A stretch of DNA of 63,818 bases, counting the filler, from Guillardia theta CCMP2712 (lineage: Eukaryota > Protista > Cryptophyta): assembly GCF_000315625.1 (NCBI RefSeq). It is 6 parts of 6 records of this genome, joined end to end, with 100 filler letters (N's around TTAATTAATTAA, not from the genome) between each part and the next. Parts side by side here need not be neighbours in the genome. Positions count along the whole stretch, not along the records: positions 27,969 to 41,244 come from NW_005434308.1; positions 41,345 to 56,573 come from NW_005434528.1; 4 more parts are not named here. The stretch is one strand, 5' to 3'. Each line of letters begins with the position of its first letter. Within the stretch, counting starts at the first letter, position 1. Of this stretch, positions 27,969-44,485 are shown in pieces. Below the pieces are notes generated by a model, which had not been told where the DNA came from, made no database searches, and saw nothing but the letters and a program-made list of their open reading frames with translations. Made by a program: the position numbers and the translations under genes.

Positions 27969-28224
27969 CGCATCCCTTGCATTTCGATCGTATCCGCCCG
28001 TGCTCGCATATGCTCCCCCCCCCACACTCCTTGCATTGCGATCGTACCCGCCCGTGCTCGCATATGCTTCTGCCCCCGCAGTCCTTGCATACTGATCGTA
28101 CCCGCCCGTGCTCGCATAGCTTTCTTCGTATCCCTCTCTCCCCTGTCTTTCCTCTTCCTCCCTCTTCTCTCGCCGTCTCCTCCTCCTCCTCTCTCCTCCT
28201 CTTGCTCGGCCTTGTGTCAGCCAT
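27969..28224 (-). CDS. 5' fragment of a Cys/His repeat protein, (CEHGRxRSxCKxCGGxSI)n
   Basis: Three 18-aa repeats after a basic NLS-like N-terminus (PSKRRR); truncated at the contig end. Confidence 0.75.
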
Positions 28225-28574
28225 GCCGCCTTTTCCCGCTCTTCTACTCATCGCCCTCACACCGGTTTTGCGGGTTTACCCCCATCCCCACACATACCCA
28301 ATTACCCCCGTGTGGTCAAACCAGTGGTCAAACCCCACGGGTCCCTGTCAACGCTCTCTATAACCGGTAGTTTTTCTTGGTAACTCAGGGGTACCTGTTC
28401 AACAGGGGGGTGGGTGGGTTCATAGTTTGCAATGGCGGCAAGGCGGAGTTCTCAGAATTCTGCTAGCAACCAGCGATATCGCGCAATCCCCGCAACCTGA
28501 GCATATTACTAGTGAGCTCTCCATCACATTCTCCTGATTCATCATAGGATCGTTCTATGTTGTTGTTCTATGTG

Positions 28575-30236
28575 CTATTTCTGGTTCCCCGGTACCATTT
28601 GATCCATCCCGTACATTGAAAGTTTCACGATCGTGCGATGTGCTAAAGACAATTGGCTTCTTCGAATGCTCGTATGCATAAGGCAGGTGTGTGTATCCAC
28701 TTGATAAGATAGTTTCGTGTACTCCTGGTTGAATTTTCTCAGAAAATCCTTCTTGTTCAGATGGCCGATCAAAGACCACAACACTATGGTGCAGAGAGTT
28801 GGTGAATTGAAGACATAGCTTCCATCTCCCAGTGCATGATTCTTACCTTTCACTTGCTACTTGCAAATGAGTATCAATTGCAACCACGAAGCCTTCATAC
28901 GTGACAGAAAGATATGTGCCAGAAAGATATCTCCTTTGATACATATTTGGCTGACAGAGGTCCTGTCAATGCCTTCCACAGCCAGCTGCGACCCTCGCGT
29001 TCATGCCCAACTGCCTCCAGTAGACTGATGGCCTTGTCACTGAACATCTTCAGCATGATATCCACCGATTGTGGATCGGCGGTCCCGTCGACTTCCATCT
29101 GAGTCATCAACCTGTAAGCTTTATGCCATATCTTCGCTTCCCTCGACTTCCCTGACCCAATCGAATGCCTGACATTATTCAACAGGCGATTGATGCACGC
29201 CGTCAAGAAAAACAACTGCTTAGAAATGGGAGAGATAACGGGATTGGACAACCATTCGTCGAATTTAGCGCGGATCTTGTTTTCTTCCAAGTCATTCAGT
29301 CGATCTGATATGTAGCTCAATCTCCCATGGAGTGAATGATTCCTCCCCCTCTTCAATTTGACAGGGCAATGTCACAACTTCATAACATCTGCAAAATATT
29401 TGCAGCCTGCAGAACATCCCTCTCAAGGTCGCTCTTGAGTCTCTATCACTTGTATCAACATCTTCATTCATAACTGTAGAATGATCATCTTGCTGCTGGC
29501 ATGGAGAAAAGCAACATCTCACACTTACTTCAACAAGTAATCGTGAATGGTGTATTGCAAAGAATTCACATTTCAACGGTCAAAGTGTGAAGTCGATCGT
29601 TGTTCAATTCGGGAGAGATGCTTTCCATCTTCTTGTGAGTATTGCAAATGCATGTACGAAGTCAATTCAAATGTTTATGCACGGCCGTCGTGCCTGCATG
29701 AAATTTTCCAGACGCTCATTGCTGGAAAACTTACTCGTGGTGTGAAGGAACACACCCAGAAAATCTTTCTGATGTTTACCCAAAAGCATCTCCAAGGACC
29801 TTTAGTTTGCATTGCACTTCAAATAAAGATACAGCACAAAGACTCAACTGAACATGATGGGTCGCTGAAGTTAGAAGATTCTCGCCCTCACACTCCATAG
29901 ACAAAGTTGCACAGACCTTGACATTTCAAGAAATGAACAGCTTGAAAATCCAGGGATCATCACGCGTTTTGAGTGCAAGATCCTCTGTAAATTAGTTTTG
30001 TTCTCTTGTTGTTTGAGCCTGTCAACACTCGCGGCGCACAAAGGCAGATCTTGCAGCTTTCGAACGCTGCTCGTCTCTCGTTTCTCCATCTTCTCTTCTC
30101 TCGTTTCTCCATCTGCTTCTACGGCCTGCCCCTGGTATGGACGTACATAACCTTTGCACGTCCGAACTCTGATTTGAATTTTCTCCTGATGCCCTGCCAG
30201 GGCCATGCAGGACCCCCTCAAAACCCCGTCTGTCAT
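28575..30236 (-). CDS. Lower-GC hypothetical or degenerate multi-exon gene
   Basis: Same-strand ORFs 29871-30236, 28895-29356 and 28575-28853; no family recognised. Confidence 0.3.
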
Positions 30237-30746
30237 TTCGAATCAGCCTAGCACAGAGGAGGAACTCTATGGGTTGATGGGGCCCCGTTGCCTTTCATGG
30301 GTCTATGGAACTTTCCGTCTGTGATCGAGCCGACCGTCACCTTGTAGCCACTTCCATTTGTTGTCTCTTGTTGAGGCGAATTTACAGCCGTTACTATGAC
30401 AGCGCCGAATCAACAAAATCCTTCACAGTATGAACGAGACGGCCCGTGGAGGCCTTCCTCGCCGTCTCCCTGAGGTTCCTCTCATGTCTGGATGCTTGGG
30501 TTTCACATCCTAGCATACAGTCTATTTCTCATGTGCTCCTCAATTCTGTTTCGTGTGCATTAAACTCGGTCTCGAGCAAAACCTGTCTTGTTACAACTGA
30601 GGTCAACAGGCATTGATTTGTCATCTTGCAAATCTTAACAGGCTTATATTAGTTGATGTAGGACTTCTGCGCTGCCTCTCCTCTCGTCCTTGTCCTTCTC
30701 TGAGGCGGACGTTCTTCAGCTACCCGGCTCTATCTGTACAGAACCT

Positions 30747-34044
<3,298 letters not shown>

Positions 34045-34477
34045 GGCGACAGGAACAATTTTGTATCAAGTTCAACCTCCTATTGCACCCCTCTAGTACC
34101 CCTATAACTACCCCTACCCCCTGATTTCAGTGGACTGCTGCTCCTGCTCCTGCTCCTGCTGCTCCTCCTCCTGCTGCTGCTCCTCCTGNNNNNNNNNNNN
34201 NNNNNNNNNNNNNNNNNNNNNNNNNNNNNNNNNNNNNNNNNNNNNNNNNNNNNNNNNNNNNNNNNNNNNNNNNNNNNNNNNNNNNNNNTCCTGCCTGCTG
34301 CCTGCTCCTCCTCCTACTACTACTACTACTCTACTCCTGCTCCTGCCTACTCCTCCTCCTCCTTCTCCTCTCCTCCTTCTCCTCCTCCTCCTCCTCCGAC
34401 CTCCTCCTCCTCCTCCTCCTCCCCTCTTATCATCTTGTCCACCTCCTTCAATGTACGTCCTGACCTCATGTTGCAGG

Positions 34478-37400
34478 CCTTGGCCGGAGGCAGGGCCTTC
34501 GTGCGGATGGCTGAAAGGGAGCCCATCCCGCACGACAAGATGCAGGGGCTGGCGTGGGAGCAGATGCAGAGGGAGAGAGCGTTCAGCATATGGCAGGAGT
34601 GGGTCGCGGAGGAGAAGGACACGAAGGAGAGGCAGAGAGTGCAGTCGTTCCTTCATGATGATGTGTACGCGGCGCTCAAGTCGAGGGGTGGAACAAGGAG
34701 GCAGCTCTGAGGGTGCTGAGGGGTCAGGAGGAGTCGGACATCGAGTCGGCGCTCATGGTGATGCAGTCGCTCATGACGGCGGGGATAGAGGCTTTCGAGC
34801 AGGATGACATCATGAAGGTTCTGAACGAGTGCGGATGGGACAAGAACGAGGCCTTCACGAAGCTGAAGAGTATGCATGCTGAGCGACAGGGTAGAGGGAA
34901 GAAGCAGAAGGTGGAAGTGCTGGATCCCTTGCCGTCTAGCTCGAGTCGGCAGCCTGTGGAACATGTTTCTACCAAGGAGGTGCAGGCTAAGGATAGTGAG
35001 GACGGACATCGATCGGGTACGAGCGGCGGGAAGGATCGGAAGAGAAAGGAGCATGAAGAAGAGTTCAAGATCGGGCAGCTGATAGAAGCAAAGTACAGAG
35101 GAGGGAAAAAGATGTATCCTGGGATCATATCAGCTATCTGGCCGGGAGGCAAGTACAACATCACGTACGATGATGGAGACAGGGAGTTCGGGGTCGACAA
35201 GAAGATGATTCGGTTGTGTAGAGACTACGACTGGTGTAAGAAGCAGGAGCTGAACGTGCTGGAGGTGGGGGAGCGGGTGTATGGCCGTTGGAACCACAGC
35301 AAGGGAGAGAAGTTGTGGTACCTGGGGAAGGTGGTCCAAGTTGAAAGCACGGAGGGAGGAGGACGGTACACGATCCAATACGATGATGGAGACAGGGAGC
35401 CCAATGTGAAGAGGATGAACTTGCAAACGGCGGAGGAGCGGAAGAATGCAAGTGTTCACTGTGCTCCTGCCATGTCCACCGGTGTGGTGCAAGAGGCCAG
35501 CGCAGAACTTGATGATGGAGTGATGTGCGAGCTGGAGGGACTGTTTTCACGGTCAGTGAGAAAGAAAAGGACGATCTTCAACGCTGCGAACGAGGACGAG
35601 GAGGGAGATGATGGGACGAAGAAGAGGAAGAGGAAGAGGGTTAAAGAGCAATCCGACTTCATCGGCGTCAAGAGACTGCTGGAGGGCGTGAAGAGGGGGA
35701 GGAAGTGGGAGGCGTTCATCGAGGTAGAGCAAGAAAAGCACAGGCTGGGAGCGTACAAGGAGGAGAGGGAGGCGGCAAGGGCGTACGACATGGCGGCGAT
35801 GCGCTTCTTCGGGACGAGCGCCATGCTGAACTTTGCCTCCTCGCGCAAAGGGTACGAGCCGACTCCCGAGCTGGAGGATGTGCTGGAAGAGATCAGAGGG
35901 CTGTACAAGGTGAAGGTGAAGGAGGAGGAGGAGGAAGGAGGCGAGGCGAACATGGACGCAAGGGTTGCAAACGAGCGCACCAAGATACAAGATGACTCCA
36001 AGAAGATTTCAGAGGCTACAACGAAAGTGACGGGTAGGAAGGAGGAGGAACAAAACCTGAAGGATAGAGAGGAGAAGAAGAATCTGATCATCGATGATGA
36101 CGATGATTTGTGCTTGTCTGAAGAGATCCCCCTCGCGAAACTTTACAGCAAAAAGAGTTTGCGAGAGGTTGAGGAGAAGGCAGAAGCAAAAGAACCCAGA
36201 TCGGAGAGCAAAAGTGATGATGTTTCTGGGAAGATGGCAGGCAAGAAAAGTGCTAAGAATCAGGATGAAGACAAGGAGGGGAAGAGCGATGAAGCTATGA
36301 ATCCTCAAAAGTTGCAGAAGAACGAACTCAAAGAAATGAGAGAGATGAAAGAAAAGAAGGAACGAAAAGACGAGAAGGACGATGATGAGAAGAAGGAAGC
36401 GAAAGAAGAGAGTGAGAAGAGGATTGTGACAGTCAAGGCAATGAAGGACATGAAGGACAAAGATGTTTCGAGCAAGCATGTCACCAAGCTGAAAGATCTC
36501 AGCAAAGTCAACGGGGTGCAGATCAAAAAGCTCCCAAGGGAAGAGAAGAAGGAGAATGCTTTCAAACGCGATGAGACAAAATCCAATCATTCCAACAAGC
36601 CTCACGAGAAGGAGGCAAAGCAGAAGCGGAAGTTGAGACTTCAAGTGGAAAGTGACGACGATGACCAAGTCATGTCAGTCAATACCAAGAAGACTGTGAA
36701 AATCGACAAGAAAAATCCTTTCAAGGAGAAGACCGCTGTTCAGCAAGGAGGAACGAATGTAGAACAAGTCATGAACGACCGGGCAACAACGGCAGTGAAA
36801 GATGTACAGGAAACGATGTTGAGCGCAACTGTGTTGCAAGGGAAGAAGTCGAAGAAGAATAACAGCGAAGGTCAGCTGAGCGAAACAAGTAAGACGCATT
36901 TGGGAAATCAAGGAGGAAAAGGTAGCGCGAGAAGAGAAGGAGAAGAGAAAATCGCACAGGACAAGACAACCAAGGGCAGTACCCAACCTGAAACTGAAAT
37001 GAATCCAGAAGGCTCTTTGCAATCGAAAACCAACGTTAATCCAGATCGGACGAAACCGAAAGAGCGAGAAATCAAACTCAGCACTAAATCAGCATTGAAG
37101 GGAAAAATTTCCTCATCCAAGACTTTTGAGCAGAATGATGTGACCATCGCCTTCGAGAAAACACATGAAATCAGTACAACCTTGCTTGAAACCGATCCAA
37201 CCTCATCAGAGAACAAAAGTGTACAGCAACGGGAAGTCGATACTAGCATGTCAAACCCAGCACAAGTCAGCGTGTCAACAAGCTCGCAAGCACCTCAGAG
37301 CAACAAGCAGGATGATTGCTCGATACCAACAGATGTTAAGATCCCATCACAACCTGACGGCTCCCTTCCCAGCAGAGAAGTGTTCTTGTCCTTGCTTGAT

Positions 37401-38754
37401 CCCATCTCGAACGAACTCATGACACACCCTTGTACAAGTGAACATGTCCCTGAGAGAGGAGTGACATGTCCATAGGCAAAGGCGCCGAATGTTCTCATCA
37501 GTCGTGCTTTGACAAGCCTTCGTTCTTGAAATCAAAGAAAGTCAACATCCCGAATGAGAAGAAGTGGGAGTCAAACATCAAGACTGTCATAAGGTGACGT
37601 GCAGACGCTGGTGGACCAAATGCTGATGATTGACGTTTGAATTTGATCGCTCTCCTGTCACTGTTTTCTCTCCTCCTCCTCCTCCTCCTCCTCCTCCTCC
37701 TCCTCCTCCTCCTCTTCCTCCTCTCCTCTTCCTCCTCCTCCTCCTTTCTGTCCACCTCCGCTCCTTTCCTTCTGGCTCCTCTTCCTCTTCTTCCTCCTCC
37801 AACTTCCCTCCTTCATCCTCCTCCTCTTCCTCCTCCTCCTCCTTATCCTCCACATTCCTCTCTCCCTACAGGATCGCGCTTGAAGAAGCTTGCAAGGGGT
37901 CGGAGGGCTCGCAGTTCGACATCTCGATGAATCATCTCGACCAAGACATTCGGTTCAGCGAGGAGGGAAGAGGTAGAGCTCTGCTGTGCCTGGATGTGGA
38001 AACGACGACGACGAGACAGATTGCAATGATGACAAGATTCTTCGGTGACAAGCGATCAGGTGAATGGAGGAGGAAGATGAAGAGGAGGAGGGAGAAGTGG
38101 AAGAGGAGAGGGAGAGGGAGAGGTAGGAGGAAATAGAGGACGAATGAAGGATAGGAGGTAGAGAATCAGGAGATGAACAAAGATTTGGAGAAGGAAACGA
38201 CGTCGGAATCAGTGAGTGAGGATATTGGAAACAAACAAATGACAGATCAAGCTCGGACAGATGAAGTGGGAGAATGTGGAGATAACGGAGATCACATGTG
38301 TGGAATAGTTCGGATGGAAGGAGAGGGTTGCAGATCGTGGTAGAGCGTTGGGAAGAAAATGGCGATTTGAGAAGGGAAGGAAAGAAATGGAGATGGGGTA
38401 AGATTGCTGAACCTGATCGGAGAGATGGAAAGCACAACGAATGAAGATTCAACATTGACATGATGGATTGAGCCAAGGACAACAACAGCAGACTGAAAGA
38501 TTGATAGAGATGGGAGAGTCAAAGTCGTAGAGGCAGCACACAGAGATTAAACAACATAGACAAGAAAACGAGATACGAAATAGACAAGAAAACGAGAGGA
38601 AACATAGACAACAAACAGAAATCACAGCCTTGCTCTGATTGAGAACACGAATTGAGATAAGATGACAGTTGGAAGCATCTTGGATGTTCTTCGTGAAGAC
38701 CTTCCCAAAGTGTTCGAGAAAGGTTGAGAAATGAACCTGAGTTGCTGTGGTGAC

Positions 38755-38808
<54 letters not shown>

Positions 38809-39700
38809 AACTATGATTTTGGTAATCTTTCTTGATCATGGTTGTTGTGGTGGTGTTTTCCACGTATCTGTCTGTTGTCAACATCTACCAGCAGGGGACA
38901 ACATGCAGGAGGAGTTGTTGTCTCTAGATATAGGAACAGTAACCGCAAAGAGCATACAAGTCAAGATATGGATAAAAATGCTCGGTGCAGCATGTCCAAT
39001 CTGCAAAAAAACAGTCAGAGAGTGAATGTGTTGTGATCACAACCGAATGATACGTTCTTAGGTCGACAAACTTGTGACTGACATGAAACTGTTCAACTTA
39101 ATTCGACTTTGCAAAGGGGCCAAAGCAAGTCATGTGAGTTTCTTGTCGACATCGACATCATGATTTGACAAGGATGCCATGTCTTGACAAGGGCGGCAGG
39201 TGGTTGTCAACGAAGACTTCCAGGTGCATGTTCTCATCAAATTCCTCTCGTCTTATCGTTCTCCTCCTCCTTCTCACCTCGTCTCTCTCAGATTCTTCGG
39301 CTCATTGCCGATGGCGATGAACAGGTTCCATCTCCTTGTCTTCTCTTCTCTCCTCTTGCTCGCTCTCTCCACCCTCCTTCCCTGCCGCCAGCCCCCACCC
39401 TTTCCCCCCATTACCTCCCTCCCTCCTTCCCTCCCTTCCCTTCATCCCTCTCTTCCTTCCCTCATCATCCTCATTCCCTGGCAGGATGAACCGGGACACA
39501 AAGATCAGGGAGAGGACGGAGAGGGGGCAGCAGCTTGCGGGGGGGGGGAGGAGGAGGAGATGGAAGAGAACAACGAGGATATGGACGCAGCGTCTTATGC
39601 CAGCCAAGTGGCGCAACTGCTTTCAGACGACGACGAGGATGACGGGGAGATGGAGGAGGATATCGGATACGACGACAGAAGAGCAGGAGCAGGAGCAGGA

Positions 39701-39777
<77 letters not shown>

Positions 39778-40876
39778 GGGAGGGATGGCCACAGCAAACC
39801 AGCCGAGGTATGAAGCTATTATCACCAAAGCAGGGCTATCCAATCACAACAAGATGGGAGGGTTTGCGTTCGCCAGGGAGGAAGACTCAACGGAGACGTA
39901 CCTGAACCTCACCCTCTACCTCCTCCCCCTCAAGGCGGCTGCCCCTCGTTCCTGCCGTATCGGAGGCTTCAGTGACGTCTTGCGCTGGCTGATCGGCAAG
40001 AAAGTTTCTTATTCGAAGAGACTCAACAATGCCGGTCGCCTCCTGCTGCTGTTCAGCCCCTTCTTCCTCCTCCTCCTCCTCCTGCTGTTCAGCCCCTTCC
40101 TCCTCCTCCTGCTCTTCCTCCTCCTCCTCCTCCTCTTCCTCCTCCTCCTGCTCTTCCTCCTCCTCCTCCTGCTCTTCCTCCTCCTCCTGCCTCTCCTCCT
40201 CCTCCTCTTCCCTTCTCTCCTTCCCTCATTCCCTTCCCTCCTTTTTCTCACTCTTGTTCCTCCAGGACGGTTGGAAGGCATCGACCTTCACTTCCCACAG
40301 CTGGGGGTCAGCGCAGACGACGCGCGGGAAGCAGCGATAGCTGAGAAGATGGCAAGAAAGGCGAGCGAGGGGAGGATGGAGCAGGAGGCGGAGAGGACGA
40401 AGAATGGGATACATCCCTGCCTCCTGTCCTCCTCCTGCATCTGGCTAGTTCAGCACGGGAAGTACCTCTGCAAGATGAGGTGTGGAGGGTCGGAGGAGGC
40501 GGAGGAGGCGAGCGGGAGGAGGAGCATGAAGATTAACATACAGTACCTTGCGCATGAGATAGACTTGGGCAGTCAGGTGGAGCGGCTGAAGTTGTTGGAG
40601 TGGACGACGCTGGTGCCGGCGGCAGGGAGCAACAACGATCTCCTAGCGGCCATGCTCGCGCATCTTGCCAGGGAGAAGATGCTGGCTGTTGGGAGGATGG
40701 TGAGGGAGGAAGAGGAGGGGGAGGAGGGAGGAGGAGGATGGAGGGGAAAGGACAGGCACGTTCTCGTGTTTGTGAAGGAGAGTCTGATCTTGAAGAGGGT
40801 GGAGGAGCTGCAGACTATGATAACCGACCTGCCTTGTGGGGGGCTGATAGTGGCGAGAATGGTGGATGAGCAGTAA
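34478..40876 (+). CDS. Large nuclear protein: UBA-like, two Tudor-like domains, AP2 DNA-binding domain, K/E-rich linker, SP-RING (MIZ) finger with insertion, possible C-terminal SPOC
   Basis: Tudor-like FKIGQLIEAKYRGGKKMYPGIIS...YNITYDDGDRE and a second copy; AP2 SDFIGVK...KWEAFI...LGAYKEEREAARAYDMAAMRFFGTSAMLNF; phase-consistent splicing gives LSLLDPISNELMTHP|CKGAECSHQSCFD...CPICKKT|VDKLVTD. Confidence 0.7.
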
Positions 40877-42205
40877 ATGTGAAAAATGGAACAAGTTGTC
40901 ACTTAGTGATATGGTGATTATGATGATGATGATGACGATGACGACGATCAGGAGGTGGACAAGAAAGATCCAGTGAGAAAGAGATGATTAGATGGAGATC
41001 GTGTGTAATAACGCGACCAGTCGCTTTCATTAAGTTAACTCGCTGCAATTGGCGATCTGAGGGCTGAAAGATAAGCTGTTCATCGTAAGATGTTCATTTC
41101 TCCTCTACAAAACTCTTGGAAGCATAGTATGCCTTCTCCTGTAGCAGCTTGTTAGGATGACCCAAGAGTGGAGCAGGGAAGGGAAGAAGAGCGGAGGGAG
41201 AGAAGAGGCGAGAGGAGGGAAAGAGGAACAACGGAAGGGAGGATNNNNNNNNNNNNNNNNNNNNNNNNNNNNNNNNNNNNNNNNNNNNTTAATTAATTAA
41301 NNNNNNNNNNNNNNNNNNNNNNNNNNNNNNNNNNNNNNNNNNNNCTCCCTCCCTCCCTCCCTCCCTCCCTCCCCTGCTCCTCACCGAGCTTTCGCTCCCT
41401 CTCAGTCTCTCATCCTGCTGGTACAGCGGGATCGGGTCGAAAGAGCAGCGAACAAGGCATCTGAGTACCTCAGTAGCCTTCAGGTCCTCCGCCTCCTCCT
41501 CCTCCTCTTGATGCTCCTTGTTTTGTTCGTCTTCATCCTCCCCTTCTCTCTCTTCCTTCCCCCTCTCTCTCCTTTTCTGACGGGAGTCTGGCAGGTGTTG
41601 AGCCCGGACAACCCATGCCGAGGAGGTTTCAAGAGGGCCAAGAGGAAGAGACCAACACACTTCCCCGGAGAGCAGGAGGTAGAGAAGGGGGAGGGGGGGA
41701 GAAGGGAGGGGAAAGAGTCGGAGATGTTTTCGGATCGGAGGAACAAGGAGGAAGGAGCAGAAGCGAGAGAAATGAATCGGGAGACAAGAGGGAGAAGGCG
41801 GAATGGAAGGATGAAAGGAGCAAAGAGGAGAGAGGAGAGGAGGCGGAAGAGAAGGAGGACAAGGAGGAGAAGGAGGAGGAGGAGGAGGAGTTCTATCAAG
41901 GGATGAGACGGCTAGCAGGAGTCTAACCGTCACATCGACGACGTTCGGATGGACTGGGTGGCTGACGCGATGATGGCGCTGATGGGACAGCGAAGAAGCT
42001 TGCTGGATAAGCACAACTGACAAGTCTAGAAAATATTTCCTCCTCCTCCTTTACCCCCTCTCACCCTCCCTCTCCATCCTCCTCCCCTTACTTGTACATT
42101 TTCATCGTTCAAAGCAGCTCCCTCGAAAGACTTGACTGGATAAGTGCATTCATTCGAGTCTTCCTATCACAGACGTAGTGACTCCTCTATCCAGCTGCTG
42201 CTGAG

Positions 42206-42444
42206 CAGATGCTGCTGAGATTGAAGTCTTGTTATCACAGATGCTGCTGCTGAGATTGAAGTCTTGTTATCACAGATGCTGCTGCTGAGATTGAAGTCTT
42301 GTTATCACAGATGCTGCTGAGATTGAAGTCTTGTTATCACAGATGCTGCTGCTGAGATTGAAGTCTTGTTATCACAGATGCTGCTGCTGAGATTGAAGTC
42401 TTGTTATCACAGATGCTGCTGCTGAGATTGAAGTCTTGTTATCA
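42206..42444. repeat. 32-35-bp minisatellite (CAGATGCTGCTGCTGAGATTGAAGTCTTGTTATCA)n, about 7 copies
   Basis: Tandem copies varying by one CTG. Confidence 0.95.
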
Positions 42445-42649
42445 CCTCCATGCTGCCCTGGTCTCTATTCCTCTCCCTGTCCCTTCCTCTCTCCATGCAG
42501 AGGAATAGTTCGGAACGAGAGAGAGACAAGACAGGATCAAGCTCTACCATCCTTCCCCTCCTTCTCTCCTCCCCCTCCTCCCCCTACACCTTCTCCCTTT
42601 CCTGTTCCCCTCCCACCTCTCTCCCTGGGTCTGAAGGGGATTTGTAGCA

Positions 42650-42918
42650 AAGTACCCCCTACTTGACCTCAAGTACCCCCTGTTTGCTACTTCAGTACCC
42701 CCTACTTGACCTGAAGTACCCCGTACTTGACCTGAAGTACCCCCTGTTTGCTACTTCAGTACCCCGTAATTGACCTCAAGTACCCCGTACTTGACCTCAA
42801 GTACCCCCTGTTTGCTACTTCAGTATCCCCTACTTGACCTCAAGTACCCCCTACTTGACCTCAAGTACCCCCTGTTTGCTACTTCAGTACCCCCTGTTTG
42901 TAGGTTAAGTACCCCTTT
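42650..42918. repeat. AGTACCCC-core 21/22-bp minisatellite upstream of ISG12-like copy 1 (paralogous array at 49400-49625)
   Basis: Interleaved units AGTACCCCCTACTTGACCTCA and AGTACCCCCTGTTTGCTACTTC. Confidence 0.9.
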
Positions 42919-42997
42919 CTGCTGTTTGTCCATCAGGGTACATAACAGGACCTGACGCCCTCTCGTACGAGCATCGCTCTTCCTCCTCCTCCTTGCT

Positions 42998-43642
42998 ATG
43001 ATATCCATGTACTCACTCTTCCTCCTCCTCCTTGCTATGATAGCCATGTACAGCGAGAGCATCGTCTCCTATTCCCTTGCGCCCCAGCTTGCGTCCAGCT
43101 CCTACCACTACCTCAAAGCCTTCGCAGGCTTCAGCAGCAACAAGCTTGACAGCACGCGGAGGTTCCTAGCCTCTCTGCCCTGCGGCGACAACATCTTGAA
43201 GAGCAGCACCACAAACTCAACCAGCACAACTCCATGGCGCCGCACATCGCAGAATGTGGCAGCAGCAGCAGGAGGAGCTCTGGGTGGTGCGATGCTCGCC
43301 ACAGCCGCTGCCGTGGCTGGAGTACAAGCCATCGGTTTCACCAGCACGGGCATCGCCGCAGGCAGCACGGCAGCGTCGATGATGTCAGCCTCAGCCGTCG
43401 CATCTGGAGGAGGCGTCGCGTCCATGGCATCAGGAGGAGTAGTAGCGGCGCTTCAGAGCATCGGCGCTACTGGCATGCTGGGACTGTCTGCTAGAGCTGC
43501 GTTAGCGTCTGCTAGTGCGATAGCCTGTAGCTCGGCGACGTACGGGAGCTACAGGACAGGCAGGTATGCGTACACCTGGTACTCTGAGCGGAGGGCGAGG
43601 CTGAAGAATCAGCAGCCGGACAAGGACCCGATCTCACAGTGA
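42998..43642 (+). CDS. IFI6/IFI27 (ISG12/FAM14)-family protein, copy 1
   Basis: AIGFTSTGIAAGSTAASMMSASAVASGGGVASMASGGVVAALQSIGATG matches the ISG12 motif GFTxxGIAxxSxAAxMMSxxAxANGGGVxxGSxVAxLQSxGAxG; intronless. Confidence 0.9.
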   Translation: MISMYSLFLLLLAMIAMYSESIVSYSLAPQLASSSYHYLKAFAGFSSNKLDSTRRFLASLPCGDNILKSSTTNSTSTTPWRRTSQNVAAAAGGALGGAMLATAAAVAGVQAIGFTSTGIAAGSTAASMMSASAVASGGGVASMASGGVVAALQSIGATGMLGLSARAALASASAIACSSATYGSYRTGRYAYTWYSERRARLKNQQPDKDPISQ

Positions 43643-44485
43643 GAAGCTCCGGCTGGAGCAGCGAGCGAGTTGAATGTGTGTAGCTTGGTATGAGTAAAGA
43701 AGAGATACTAGTCGAGTGAAGCAGAGAAGCTTGCCTGACCGTGGTCTTGCTCATCAGCTCGATCTCACGCTCCGTTGGTGAGCCTCTTGCTTGCAAAGAC
43801 GAGTGATGCTGGTCCTGAGGTGCGAACGACTTCGAGGAGGAGGCAGGGCAGGAAAAGCTGTAGATCCACTGCAAGTGAAGGAAAGAAGCAGAACCTGAGC
43901 TGCAGGCGACGATGCGTCAAAGGTGCAGGAGGTGAGAAAGGCAGCGAAGAAGTACCGAGTGAGCAGGACAAAACTGCTGCAGCGATGAAAGATGAGACGA
44001 GAGCGAGAAGAGAGTGTGAGAAAATCGACGAGAAAACATTTAGGGTAACCACGAAAAGAGAAAGGTCATCATGAAGACAAGCCGACAGTCATATGACTCT
44101 TCTTGTCTGCTGGAACTAGACTCTGAGGACTGCGCATGTCGACTTCAGCAACAAGGTCCTTAGAGCACCAGAGAGCTCTCAGGACCCTCCTCTTACTCTA
44201 CCCTCCTCCATCCCTTTTTTCTGGCTCGAGCCTCTGATCGATGGGGTAGCGCAGACGAGCAAGGAGCTGGGCAGAGAGTCTGCGTATCGGGTTGAGCTCC
44301 GCTTGCGAGTAGGCGCTTGTGCACCCCTGGTTGAGCTCTGGCAGCGAGATGTTCCTGACGAGCTCGACCCGAGACGCGACCATCCCACTACTCGCGTAAG
44401 CGCCAAGAGTGGGAGCTGGGCATGTTGAAGCCCAAACAAGAACACTCAGATCAGCAGGAGAATATGCGATGATGTCGATTCTTAC

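Noticed and set aside
43765-44074. ORFs repeated at 51032-51341 as a conserved gene pair
   Set aside because: Their identity reflects the recent inverted duplication, not evidence of coding.
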